IMG/VR virus record: IMGVR_UViG_3300028833_000120
Location: 1-64,000 of that record
Origin: a virus
Taxonomy: Duplodnaviria; Caudoviricetes
DNA: 64,000 nt
Direction: 5' to 3' (one strand)
Under the pieces are notes generated by a model. The model did not search any database, was not told the origin of the DNA, and worked only from the letters and a program-made list of their open reading frames with translations. A program made the position numbers and the translations under genes. Below, one piece after another: positions 10,596 through 19,880 of this stretch (position 1 is its first letter; each line of letters starts with the position of its first letter).

Positions 10596-11942
10596 TTATA
10601 CTAAATGACTTAATGTATCTACCATATCACTTCTTTCAAAAAGTTTCATCTTATTATAGTTAGCATCTATTTTAAACTTAGTATCACGACCTTCACCCTC
10701 ACGGATTTTTAATATCTTCAAATAATAAAACGGAACACAAATACCACCGTCATCTTCGTTACCAACACCCATTCTCATATCATCTGTCTGTATGATACCG
10801 AAACAAGTATCAACCGTATGTATAAGACCCATAGATTCGGCGACATCTTCCATATTGATATCAGAACCATTTAGGGCACTACGACCACACTGTGTGGCGG
10901 TAATAATTGAAAGGTTATACTTTACTGCAATACCCCTCAAATCTTCTGCTATCTGTTTGATTTTCAGATATGTGCTTTCACTATTTGGAAGACGGTAGTT
11001 ACACATAATGTTGATATAGTCTATTATGACAACATCAACCTTGAAACGTTGTGTTTCCTCTATTTCTTTTATATATCTTTCAACATCCAACACGGTACCT
11101 TGTCCGGTAGGGAACTCTTTGATAAAAAGTTTTCCGAGTGGCATTATCGAACTCATTGAAAGATTATTTAGTTTTTTTCTTACCTTGTTCGAATCTTCCA
11201 CTATAGAATCATAATCTTCCAATGTTATATCAAAAAGGTTTGCACCGATTCTTCTTGTAACCTTTGCTGCCGACATCTCACAAGTAATATAGAGAACGTT
11301 CTTTCCCTTACGGACAAACTCGGCTGCATCGTTACAAAGAAAAACCGACTTACCGGCATTTGTTGCACCGATATAACACGTAAGTGTTTTAAGGTCAAGA
11401 CCACCTTTTGAAATTCTGTTAAAATATTCCCAAGTATATGGTATCTTATATTCTTTTAACGATTTATGTGAATCGACATCAAAGAAATTACTTCCTAAAT
11501 CACTATCAAAAGAAATTAAAGACGTATCGGCGACTATACTCGTGGCTTTATGAACCACATCGACAACATTGTCAAGTGTAATATCGGTTGTCTTAACGTA
11601 TGTTACTGCCTTAACTATATTGACATTCAAAGCTCTCCATTGTATCCAACCCTCAGTTGTACCTTTCAACCACTCGTCGTCGTATGAACCTATCTCGACA
11701 TCATATATTGAACGAATTGTTTCAACAGATATTTTCTTTTCATCATCTTTCAACAACGAAATCATCTGCTCACAAGATGGAGATTCCTTATACTCTTTGA
11801 AGAAATTTTTGGAAGTAAGTGCAACATACTGAATTTCCTCATTAGTAAAAAAATCACCACCTATTGAAAGAAGATAGTTCGGGTGTTTCAACATGTAAGC
11901 AAATATGACTTTCTCCTGTTGTATGCTCGACTTTAATCCCAT
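10596..11942 (-). CDS. gp41: Replicative DnaB-family helicase (T4 gp41-like)
   Basis: GATNAGKS, YITCEM, IIDYINIM, IAEDLRGIA, TATQ and AESMG motifs. Confidence 0.9.
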   Translation of the reverse strand: MGLKSSIQQEKVIFAYMLKHPNYLLSIGGDFFTNEEIQYVALTSKNFFKEYKESPSCEQMISLLKDDEKKISVETIRSIYDVEIGSYDDEWLKGTTEGWIQWRALNVNIVKAVTYVKTTDITLDNVVDVVHKATSIVADTSLISFDSDLGSNFFDVDSHKSLKEYKIPYTWEYFNRISKGGLDLKTLTCYIGATNAGKSVFLCNDAAEFVRKGKNVLYITCEMSAAKVTRRIGANLFDITLEDYDSIVEDSNKVRKKLNNLSMSSIMPLGKLFIKEFPTGQGTVLDVERYIKEIEETQRFKVDVVIIDYINIMCNYRLPNSESTYLKIKQIAEDLRGIAVKYNLSIITATQCGRSALNGSDINMEDVAESMGLIHTVDTCFGIIQTDDMRMGVGNEDDGGICVPFYYLKILKIREGEGRDTKFKIDANYNKMKLFERSDMVDTLSHLV

Positions 11943-12218
11943 ATCGTTTTCACAATTTTATATGAACTACCACTTTTTTCTATAAACCCTTCACCAAGTA
12001 AAGTGTTTATTATTTTATCTATTCTATTATTAACCAATTCATCGTCTGTTTCATTGGAGAAATATCTATTTTTAATTTTATCCCTTGAAAACAACTTATC
12101 ATCCAATGAAATTGTACATGAGTCATAAAGTACATCCAATGGGGTGGGATAACCGAATAAAGTCTTATTTATTCCAGTTATATCTTACTTGTATTTTATT
12201 TTTGTCCAATTCTCTCAT
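11933..12218 (-). CDS. Small hypothetical protein interrupted by a +1 frame break near 12180
   Basis: ATG at 12218 just downstream of a promoter reads MRELDKNKIQVRY then stops; the +1 frame continues ITGINKTLFGYPTPLDVLYD into ORF 11933..12139. Confidence 0.55.
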
Positions 12219-12257
12219 ATAACTAAAATATAACAAAAAAGGTGGAGATTATCCACC

Positions 12258-12328
12258 TTTTAACAAAATATCAAGTATATGTTGGATTTTTTGTTAAAAT
12301 CTATAATATACTTGATATTTTGTTAAAA
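12258..12328. repeat. Perfect 23-bp inverted repeat with 25-nt spacer
   Basis: TTTTAACAAAATATCAAGTATAT (12258-12280) and ATATACTTGATATTTTGTTAAAA (12306-12328). Confidence 0.9.
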
Positions 12329-12332
12329 AATG

Positions 12333-13547
12333 TTATTCCTCAATGAGTTGTGTTTTGATTTGGTCATCAACGGTTTCTTCTTCCTCCTCAAACAAATCAT
12401 CTATTTTCACACCCTCTGCATACTTAAACTCACTCTGGATATATTCATCAAGTCTTTGAAGTCTTTCCTTTGTAAAAGTTTTTGCTGTAAACAACTCCTT
12501 TGGTGAAATCGTTTCACCGTTATCGAGACAATAGTTTCTTGAAGTCTCACTTGGAACAAAATATAAAACCTCTCCGTCCTTTTTTTCTACACGGATATAT
12601 TCATCATTTGGTGACTTATTGTATTCCTTTTCTGTTATAAATTTTCCTTTTTGAATACCACATCTTTCAAATGAGATATACTCCTCTAGACCGACATACG
12701 GATTCATACCATTTACATAGGAGATATAAAACTTCACTTTGACTGGTTTGCAGAATCTATTTTTGTCAGGTTCAGCAGTGACAACGATTCCTGTCTGCAA
12801 ATTGTCCGAACCCTCTTTGAGTTTTGCCTTTGAAAGGTTGAGAATGATACTTGCACCATATACAAGACCCTTACCACCCGACTGAATTCTCTGAGAGAAC
12901 AAGTCGTTGGACATATAGATGTGGTTTGAGAAGGCAAATGTTGCACCGACAATACCCATCTTATGGGCGACGATACGGAAGATTGCACGTATATTCTTTG
13001 CACGAGTCATATCTGCCTTGTCACTTGCTGCCTTTGCATCGTCAATTTCTTTCTGTGTGGCCAAGTTACCAACAGAATCAAGGACAAAGAAAATATTAGG
13101 AATTTGATTTCCAGCTTCTTTCTGTTCAATCAAAAGGTCAAGTGTTTGTGTGATTGAGGTTTTAAAATCTTGAACAGTACCGACTGGTTCGTAACGGAAC
13201 TTCTCTGGGTCAACTCCGAACTGAACGAGTTGTGAAAGTTCGATTGCATTTTCACTGTCATACCAAATCACATAGTGACCTTTTTTCTGTGCCTCACGAG
13301 CCATGTTCATAAGAAGGTATGTCTTACCCGTTCCACTCTCACCAGACAAACAGAGGATTCTATTATTTGGGGCTCCCTTAAATATACTACCCGTTAGGCT
13401 GGCGTTACAGATGTAGTTACCCGTTGGGATGTAATCTGTAATCTCAGACACTCCAGCACCATCGGACATCAAACCACCCCACTTTGAATTTTTTGACATT
13501 TCTTTGTTTAAATCACTAAAACTAAAAATTCCACTTTGTTTAGCCAT
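12333..13547 (-). CDS. uvsX: RecA-like recombinase UvsX
   Basis: GESGTGKT, YDSENA, LDSVGNL, KADMTRAK and SGGKGLVYGAS motifs. Confidence 0.92.
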   Translation of the reverse strand: MAKQSGIFSFSDLNKEMSKNSKWGGLMSDGAGVSEITDYIPTGNYICNASLTGSIFKGAPNNRILCLSGESGTGKTYLLMNMAREAQKKGHYVIWYDSENAIELSQLVQFGVDPEKFRYEPVGTVQDFKTSITQTLDLLIEQKEAGNQIPNIFFVLDSVGNLATQKEIDDAKAASDKADMTRAKNIRAIFRIVAHKMGIVGATFAFSNHIYMSNDLFSQRIQSGGKGLVYGASIILNLSKAKLKEGSDNLQTGIVVTAEPDKNRFCKPVKVKFYISYVNGMNPYVGLEEYISFERCGIQKGKFITEKEYNKSPNDEYIRVEKKDGEVLYFVPSETSRNYCLDNGETISPKELFTAKTFTKERLQRLDEYIQSEFKYAEGVKIDDLFEEEEETVDDQIKTQLIEE

Positions 13548-13632
13548 ATACTATAAAATTTATTTTGTTGTACTTTAAATATAACAAAAATGTGTCATAT
13601 TGCATAAATATTTTAAACACAAAATTTTTGCA

Positions 13633-14199
13633 ATGATTGATGAAAAATTACCAAAGAGAATAACACTTGAAGACATTCTTTACCACAAGCGATGGATATT
13701 GGAACTTGTCGATAAATTCGGAATGGATATACCAGATGATATAGATGGTCACGATTTCAAGAAAGTTTGGGACAGATGGGTAGATAGAGGTGGTGAATCC
13801 AACTATTACTTTGCAGAAGAATTAAGAAAAGGATTGAACAAGTATCTTATAGAAAAAAATAAAGAAGTAAATGAATGTGGGGTACAAGGTGGTGCAACAC
13901 CGGCAAATGTCGGTGGAATGGGTGACATAGTTTTACCCGGTGGTGAACCTGGTAGTGGTTCACCCGGTTCCGGTGACATTCCTTTACCATCTCCAACAGG
14001 AAAAGTGTATACACAAGTTCAACCATTTGACCAATTTATAAAGAAAAATTGGAAGAATAGGAAAATAAAAAAATCAAAGAGAAAACGTAGATTGGAAAAA
14101 AACAGTGATGCAGAACATACACCAAATGCTCCAGTTTATGACTATGTTGATGATTTTAGAACGTATGCACAAAGAACACAAAATAATCTTAACGGATAA
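13633..14199 (+). CDS. Hypothetical late protein with Gly/Pro-rich linker
   Basis: CATAAATA at 13603; ATG at 13633; internal VNE and PFDQFIKK motifs. Confidence 0.65.
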   Translation: MIDEKLPKRITLEDILYHKRWILELVDKFGMDIPDDIDGHDFKKVWDRWVDRGGESNYYFAEELRKGLNKYLIEKNKEVNECGVQGGATPANVGGMGDIVLPGGEPGSGSPGSGDIPLPSPTGKVYTQVQPFDQFIKKNWKNRKIKKSKRKRRLEKNSDAEHTPNAPVYDYVDDFRTYAQRTQNNLNG

Positions 14200-14949
14200 A
14201 TGGGAATACTCAAAACTATAACAAAAGAATATTTCGGTGATACAGTAAGAAAAGAAGACATGATAAATTTAAATAGTCTCAATGTTGAAATAATTTCTTT
14301 CACAGACAATAATAAAAAATATCATGGAATAGGTTATAAACCTAAAGATAAAGATAACTTGAAAATGTTATTGAAAAGAATGATTGAAATGAGGGGTGAT
14401 GAAGGTTACTTCAATGATATAGATACTTCAGATATTGAAGATATGAGTTCTTTATTTAAAAATAATAAAAATTTTAACGGGGATATAACCGGTTGGGACG
14501 TATCAAATGTTAAATATATGAATGATATGTTTTTTTATTCAACATCATTCAACCAACCTATTGGAAATTGGAATGTATCAAAAGTTGAAAATATGAATTG
14601 TATGTTTAGTGATGCAACATCATTCAATCAACCTATTGGAAAATGGGACGTTTCAAATGTTTATAATATGAAATATATGTTTTTTGGTTGCCATAAATTC
14701 AACCAACCTATTGGTAATTGGAAAGTATCAAAAGTTACAACTATGGAATATATGTTTGCTTATGTAACATCATTCAATCAACCTATTGAAAATTGGGATG
14801 TTTCAAATGTTACAAATATGAGTAATATGTTTAACTATGCTAAATCATTCAATCAAGATTTATCAAAATGGGATTTAACCGAAAAAGAAACAATAGGTAT
14901 GTTTAATGATTGTCCAATAAAAGATGAATACAAACCTAAAATGAAATAA
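14200..14949 (+). CDS. BspA-like (DUF285) repeat protein
   Basis: 25-aa repeats FNQPIGNWxVSxVxxMxxMF. Confidence 0.88.
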   Translation: MGILKTITKEYFGDTVRKEDMINLNSLNVEIISFTDNNKKYHGIGYKPKDKDNLKMLLKRMIEMRGDEGYFNDIDTSDIEDMSSLFKNNKNFNGDITGWDVSNVKYMNDMFFYSTSFNQPIGNWNVSKVENMNCMFSDATSFNQPIGKWDVSNVYNMKYMFFGCHKFNQPIGNWKVSKVTTMEYMFAYVTSFNQPIENWDVSNVTNMSNMFNYAKSFNQDLSKWDLTEKETIGMFNDCPIKDEYKPKMK

Positions 14950-14950
14950 C

Positions 14951-15475
14951 ATGGGAATACTTAAAACCATAACAGAAGAATATTTCGGTGAGACAATAAG
15001 AAAAGAAGATGAAATAAACATAGAAGGTCTTAATGTTAAAATAGTTTCTTTTACAGACAATAATGGTAATATCCATAGAAAAGGTTATAAACCTAAAGAT
15101 AAAATTAATTTAAAAAGATTATTGGAAAGAATGATTGAAGTGAGGGGAGATGATGGTGACTTCAACGATATAGACACTTCTGACATTAAAATTATGGACT
15201 CGTTATTTAAAGACAATAATACTTTTAACGGGGATATAACCGGTTGGAATGTTAGTGGTGTTAAAAGTATGTATCGTATATTTTTTAATGCAACATCATT
15301 CAATCAACCAATAGGTAATTGGGTTGTTTCAAATGTTGAAGAGATGGGCGGTATGTTTGCTTATGCAACATCATTCAATCAAGATTTATCAAAATGGAAT
15401 TTAAATGGAAAGGATACGACAAATATGTTTGTTGATTGTCCGATAAAAGACGAATATAAACCAAAGATAGAATAA
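14951..15475 (+). CDS. BspA-like (DUF285) repeat protein, shorter paralogue
   Basis: Same N-terminus and C-cap as 14200 with three fewer repeats. Confidence 0.88.
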   Translation: MGILKTITEEYFGETIRKEDEINIEGLNVKIVSFTDNNGNIHRKGYKPKDKINLKRLLERMIEVRGDDGDFNDIDTSDIKIMDSLFKDNNTFNGDITGWNVSGVKSMYRIFFNATSFNQPIGNWVVSNVEEMGGMFAYATSFNQDLSKWNLNGKDTTNMFVDCPIKDEYKPKIE

Positions 15476-15539
15476 AGAGTGATTGTTAAATCATTCTTTA
15501 TTTTTTCATAAATACTATAAATATATAAAATATAATAAC

Positions 15540-17321
15540 ATGGATTATACTAATAAAGGATATTCCCCATTGAACGAAAGTAAAAAAGCAGACGATATTC
15601 AAATTGTTTTTTTGAGTTCTAGAGCAGAAAAAACAACAAAAAGTTCAAATTCAATGTTTTTCTTTGAAGATGCTGCAAAGAAAGCCGGCCTTAAAATGAT
15701 AACAATAGACCCAAGTTCATCTACTATAAAGAGAAACAGTGAGGATTCATATACGGTTGTGGAAGACAATGGTGGTAAAAAAACTTATGTTTTGAAACCA
15801 TCAAATACAATTATTGTTCCAAGACGTACTGTTTTGAAAAACAGTGAGTCGAAAGAATTTATACAAGACTTGCAGACTTATGGATTTTTCTGTTTGAACA
15901 CACTCGACTCAATAGAGACTTGTGAAGATAAGTTTTTGACATATAAAAAACTAAAAAACGCTGGTGTTCCAACACCAAAGACAACCGTTATTACATCATC
16001 TTCAATGAATAAACTCGATGACAAGATAGACAATATCGGAGGAAAGTTCCCAATTGTTTGTAAGATTCTGAATGGGACACAAGGTGTAGGTGTATTTATC
16101 ATCGACTCAAAGATGAGTCTTCGTTCCACTCTACAAACTATGTTCAAACTATCCCCAAAGTCTGACATCATTCTTCAGGAGAAGATTGATTCAGATTATG
16201 ATTTGAGGGTTCATGTTATGTATAATGGATTTGAAAGAATGACATCGGGACTAGATGGTTTTGAAATCATTGGTTGTATGAAAAGAAACCAGCTTGCTGG
16301 TGACTTCAGAAGTAACTATTCACTCGGTTCAACTGCTGAAAAAGGAACTCTTACACCGGAACAGGAAAAGATTGCAAAGATGGCTGCCAAGGCAACTGGA
16401 TGTAGATGGTGTGGTGTTGATTTGATTGTTTCAGCAACAACAAAACCACCTTATGTCATCGAAGTCAATTCATCACCAGGAACAAAAGGTATCACTACAG
16501 CAGCAGGTGACGATGTTGTCGGAACACTCTTCAATATGTTCAAAGACTTCAAATACACCAAGTATGAGTCAGAACAAATCGGTAGTTATGAAACAATAAC
16601 CATCAAGGATATTTCGAAAGAAACATCTGCTCTTGATACGGCAATAAAATTTGACGACAATAAGACATTCACAGAACTTGAGTGTTCGTCGGTCAATGCA
16701 AAAGATGAAGACGTTTCATTTGTTTTCAATGGAGTCACCTATAACCGTGAATTGGTTGGTTTGAAGAAAAACGACCCAATGGTGGAACTCAACTTGAAAT
16801 TTAACGGAACTGTCTATAAAAATGAACTCGTTGTGTTGAAACAAGTCAACGACAATATTAATAAGAATCATATGGTTGGTGGTACAAAACTTATCAATCG
16901 TGTAGCAAACAACGCTGTCATCATAGATAAACCTTTCTATCTGACAGACAACACGACAAACTTCGATATACCTAAAAAAACGGTGGAAGAAGGTCTTTTG
17001 ACAGAGGGTAAAAACTGGGTGTTCAAAGTTAACGATGAAGAAATTAAACTTGCTGGTTTAAGACAAGTTATTAAATCTTTTGTCGATGGAACAAGGAATA
17101 AATATTCAAGAGGAAAATGGTCGATTGAAGCAGAAGATTCCAATAATTGGGAACTTATGTACAATGAACAAAAGTTCATCGAATGTAAGGATGCAGAGAT
17201 AAAGTTCAAACACAATTACATGCCGTATAATTTGGCATGTAAAATCTCCGGTGTAATCGAATCAATCATAGAAGGTGCCATTGTAGATATGAGTGTATAT
17301 CCAGAAACAAAAGAAGTGTAA
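15540..17321 (+). CDS. rimK: RimK-family ATP-grasp ligase fused to a degenerate RimB-like domain
   Basis: DKFLTY, PTPKT, FPIVCKILNGTQGVGV, DLRVHV, DFRSNYSLG, GVDLI and EVNSSPG; start at MDYTNK after CATAAATA (15507). Confidence 0.85.
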   Translation: MDYTNKGYSPLNESKKADDIQIVFLSSRAEKTTKSSNSMFFFEDAAKKAGLKMITIDPSSSTIKRNSEDSYTVVEDNGGKKTYVLKPSNTIIVPRRTVLKNSESKEFIQDLQTYGFFCLNTLDSIETCEDKFLTYKKLKNAGVPTPKTTVITSSSMNKLDDKIDNIGGKFPIVCKILNGTQGVGVFIIDSKMSLRSTLQTMFKLSPKSDIILQEKIDSDYDLRVHVMYNGFERMTSGLDGFEIIGCMKRNQLAGDFRSNYSLGSTAEKGTLTPEQEKIAKMAAKATGCRWCGVDLIVSATTKPPYVIEVNSSPGTKGITTAAGDDVVGTLFNMFKDFKYTKYESEQIGSYETITIKDISKETSALDTAIKFDDNKTFTELECSSVNAKDEDVSFVFNGVTYNRELVGLKKNDPMVELNLKFNGTVYKNELVVLKQVNDNINKNHMVGGTKLINRVANNAVIIDKPFYLTDNTTNFDIPKKTVEEGLLTEGKNWVFKVNDEEIKLAGLRQVIKSFVDGTRNKYSRGKWSIEAEDSNNWELMYNEQKFIECKDAEIKFKHNYMPYNLACKISGVIESIIEGAIVDMSVYPETKEV

Positions 17322-17409
17322 AAGATAGAATAAGACTCATAAAACAAAAATAGAAGTTAATTGAAATTAACTTCTATTTTTTCATAAATATATAAAATAA
17401 ATATTATTT

Positions 17410-17967
17410 ATGGATGTTCTCTTAAAATTAACAAAAGAATATTTTGGTAAGTTACAGAGAGATGAGGATAAGTTTGTAACAAATATAGATGAAATGGAAG
17501 AAGTTGACCTCGGTCGAAGTTTTCCAATAATATTTGCAGACAGAGACTTGATTATAAACGGACAAGATTATTTTAACTGGTTTTTTGTTGAAAGTGTTTT
17601 AGAGAAAATAAAAAAGACCGGTTGGGATTTACCACCATATAAAGGATTTGATGAGATGTTTTATAAATCAACATATCCACATAGAAAAAAAGACATTATA
17701 ATAGATAATTGGATTTCTTTTGAGGGGGGTACGATAACGACAACCGAAACAAGTCAAGTATTACATTTTAATTCAAATAGACAATTTGGTGAAACTTATT
17801 GGTGTAGTCCAGATAGAGATTTATCCAATTCTGATACTGCAAGATGTTTCAATATGGGTGACACGAGATTTGAAGCAATAGTGGTTACAAATAACGAACC
17901 GAAAGAAGGAAAATGTAAAATAAGACTTGTAAAATACAAGTTTCCTGATGAAGATTTCTTCAAATAA
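17410..17967 (+). CDS. Hypothetical protein, possible DUF1566/C-type-lectin-like fold, sharing the BspA-type leader
   Basis: EEVDLG...W.LP...YWCS...IRLVK pattern; N-terminal LKLTKEYFG..R.ED. Confidence 0.5.
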   Translation: MDVLLKLTKEYFGKLQRDEDKFVTNIDEMEEVDLGRSFPIIFADRDLIINGQDYFNWFFVESVLEKIKKTGWDLPPYKGFDEMFYKSTYPHRKKDIIIDNWISFEGGTITTTETSQVLHFNSNRQFGETYWCSPDRDLSNSDTARCFNMGDTRFEAIVVTNNEPKEGKCKIRLVKYKFPDEDFFK

Positions 17968-17981
17968 TTCATAAATATACT

Positions 17982-18152
17982 ATGGGATGCAACTGTAACA
18001 AAAACGATTCTATACCACTTTCAGTTAAGAAGGAAAAAAGAAGAAAACTGAAAGAAAAAATATCAGATATAAAACAACTTTGGAAAGAAAGTGAGTCGTC
18101 AGGATTGTCTGGTAGTGCTACCGTAACAAAAGACGAATTGGGATTTAAATAA
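17982..18152 (+). CDS. Small basic protein MGCNCNK... (56 aa; below the ORF-track cut-off)
   Basis: Own CATAAATA at 17970-17977, ATG at 17982, TAA at 18150; fills the intergenic gap. Confidence 0.65.
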   Translation: MGCNCNKNDSIPLSVKKEKRRKLKEKISDIKQLWKESESSGLSGSATVTKDELGFK

Positions 18153-18163
18153 AGGAATAAAAA

Positions 18164-19114
18164 ATGCAACAAATAAAATCATTCGACGAATTTATAAACA
18201 ACGTCACAGAATCTAAAACCGATTCAAAAAAAGAAATCGCCGGATTCAAGGAAGCAATTGAAATTGTCGGTCTCGGAACAATCAAGGCAAAACTTGATAC
18301 TGGGAACACGACAAAATACAACGCCCTCATAGTCCAAGACTATTTCGAAAAAGATGGAAAGGTGAAGTTTAATTTCAACGGAAAAGAACTGGAGTATGAT
18401 GTGGAGAAACATGTAAGAATATGGCATCACGGAAAATCAACAGAACGTCCAATTATCAAAGTTGATTTGATTTTCAATGGAAAAGAGTATAAAGACGAAC
18501 TCATTGATTTAAAAATTTCAGATTTGACTGGTACAAAGAGCTATAGATGTCGTATGTTGATATGTAAAAAATTTATGGAAGAGGCAAATATTATCATAGA
18601 CCCATCCAAAGAATTTAACATCACTAAAAAACATCAGATTGACAAACCAAGAAAAAAGAAAGTCAATGAATCAAAAGATAGTGAAAATCAAGTGATAATG
18701 AGTACCAACAAAAACTTGGACGCTACTGACATTGATTTCATACTCGGTGGGAAAACCATTGGTGGTGCAATTCTGACAAATCAATATATTGATGGAATAA
18801 TAAGTGAATATAAAGACTCTGTGGATGATTTCGACGAAAGTATATTCAGAAAATTTGACGACAGTGAAAAACTATATAACCTTGAAGACTTTTGGATAAA
18901 CAGAGAATATCGAGGAAAAGGTTATTCAAAATTGTGTCTAGAAAAATTGATGGAAAAATATGGTGATAAACAAATGGTATTGAGAGCGTTTCCTGATGGT
19001 GGAGTAGATGAAGACACTCTTGTGAAGATATATAGCAGATATGGTTTTGTAGTGCTTCAACCAACAAAATCTGATGGAACGATAATGGGTAAATATAAAA
19101 ATAAAAAAGAGTGA
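18164..19114 (+). CDS. RimB-like retropepsin protease fused to a GNAT acetyltransferase, with capsid-targeting-like N-terminus
   Basis: IKAKLDTG...ERP...MLI protease signature; INREYRGKGYS acetyl-CoA motif; LVKIYSRYGF. Confidence 0.8.
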   Translation: MQQIKSFDEFINNVTESKTDSKKEIAGFKEAIEIVGLGTIKAKLDTGNTTKYNALIVQDYFEKDGKVKFNFNGKELEYDVEKHVRIWHHGKSTERPIIKVDLIFNGKEYKDELIDLKISDLTGTKSYRCRMLICKKFMEEANIIIDPSKEFNITKKHQIDKPRKKKVNESKDSENQVIMSTNKNLDATDIDFILGGKTIGGAILTNQYIDGIISEYKDSVDDFDESIFRKFDDSEKLYNLEDFWINREYRGKGYSKLCLEKLMEKYGDKQMVLRAFPDGGVDEDTLVKIYSRYGFVVLQPTKSDGTIMGKYKNKKE

Positions 19115-19147
19115 GGTTTTCCCCACTCTTTTTTTATTTTACTCTTC

Positions 19148-19867
19148 TTATTCACATTCATCACTCCAATCACAATCAAGTTCTTCATCGATAGATGTAT
19201 ATGTTGAAAAATCAAGGAACTTACTCTCTGATACATGAGTTGGTGTGAATTTAGAATGCTCATCAATGACACCCAAAAATCTTTCTTCTGCAAAACATCT
19301 GAATGACATCTTTTCTATATCAAAATAGGTGACAAAACCTTCTTTTGCAGGTCTTTTTGTTCCAGAAGATGAAGTTGATGGACCAAGTACTCTTGCAATT
19401 ATATCTCTATTTCTTGTTCCGTATGCAACTCTTATTGAACCATCCTTTTTCTCAAATTTGAACGAGACGATATCTGCTCTAAGCATTTCTATAAATGTTG
19501 AAATTGGAACCATCTTTGGTTTTATTGCCATTGTAGTAGTTTTGATTTCACCAGTAGGAGTCTCAACAACACCCTTTGGTACCCTAATCTCACCACTAGG
19601 AAGTTCAACGACACCTTCCGGTGTATCAATTTCTTCTTTGGTTTCTTTGGTTTTTGTTGTTTCTGGATTATCACTTTCCCAGTTATACCCCTCTTTAATC
19701 AATTTGTCCCATAATTTATCGAAATAACTATATGCTTCAGACGATGCTTCGGATGGCCATGTTCTTCTAACATCATCCAAATTCATCAATACAGTATTGA
19801 ATGGATTTTCTTCACGGAATCCCTCTGTAGAACCATCCCATGATTCATTTACTTTTTTCATAAACAT
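19148..19867 (-). CDS. WYL_2 / Sm-like SH3 barrel domain protein
   Basis: VSFKFEKKDGSIRVAYGT...YFDIEKMSFRCF; late promoter at 19882-19889. Confidence 0.7.
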   Translation of the reverse strand: MFMKKVNESWDGSTEGFREENPFNTVLMNLDDVRRTWPSEASSEAYSYFDKLWDKLIKEGYNWESDNPETTKTKETKEEIDTPEGVVELPSGEIRVPKGVVETPTGEIKTTTMAIKPKMVPISTFIEMLRADIVSFKFEKKDGSIRVAYGTRNRDIIARVLGPSTSSSGTKRPAKEGFVTYFDIEKMSFRCFAEERFLGVIDEHSKFTPTHVSESKFLDFSTYTSIDEELDCDWSDECE

Positions 19868-19880
19868 TTTAAATTATATA

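Noticed and set aside
626-17967. Diversity-generating retroelement
   Set aside because: No reverse transcriptase and no non-coding template copy with adenine-specific differences seen in this window
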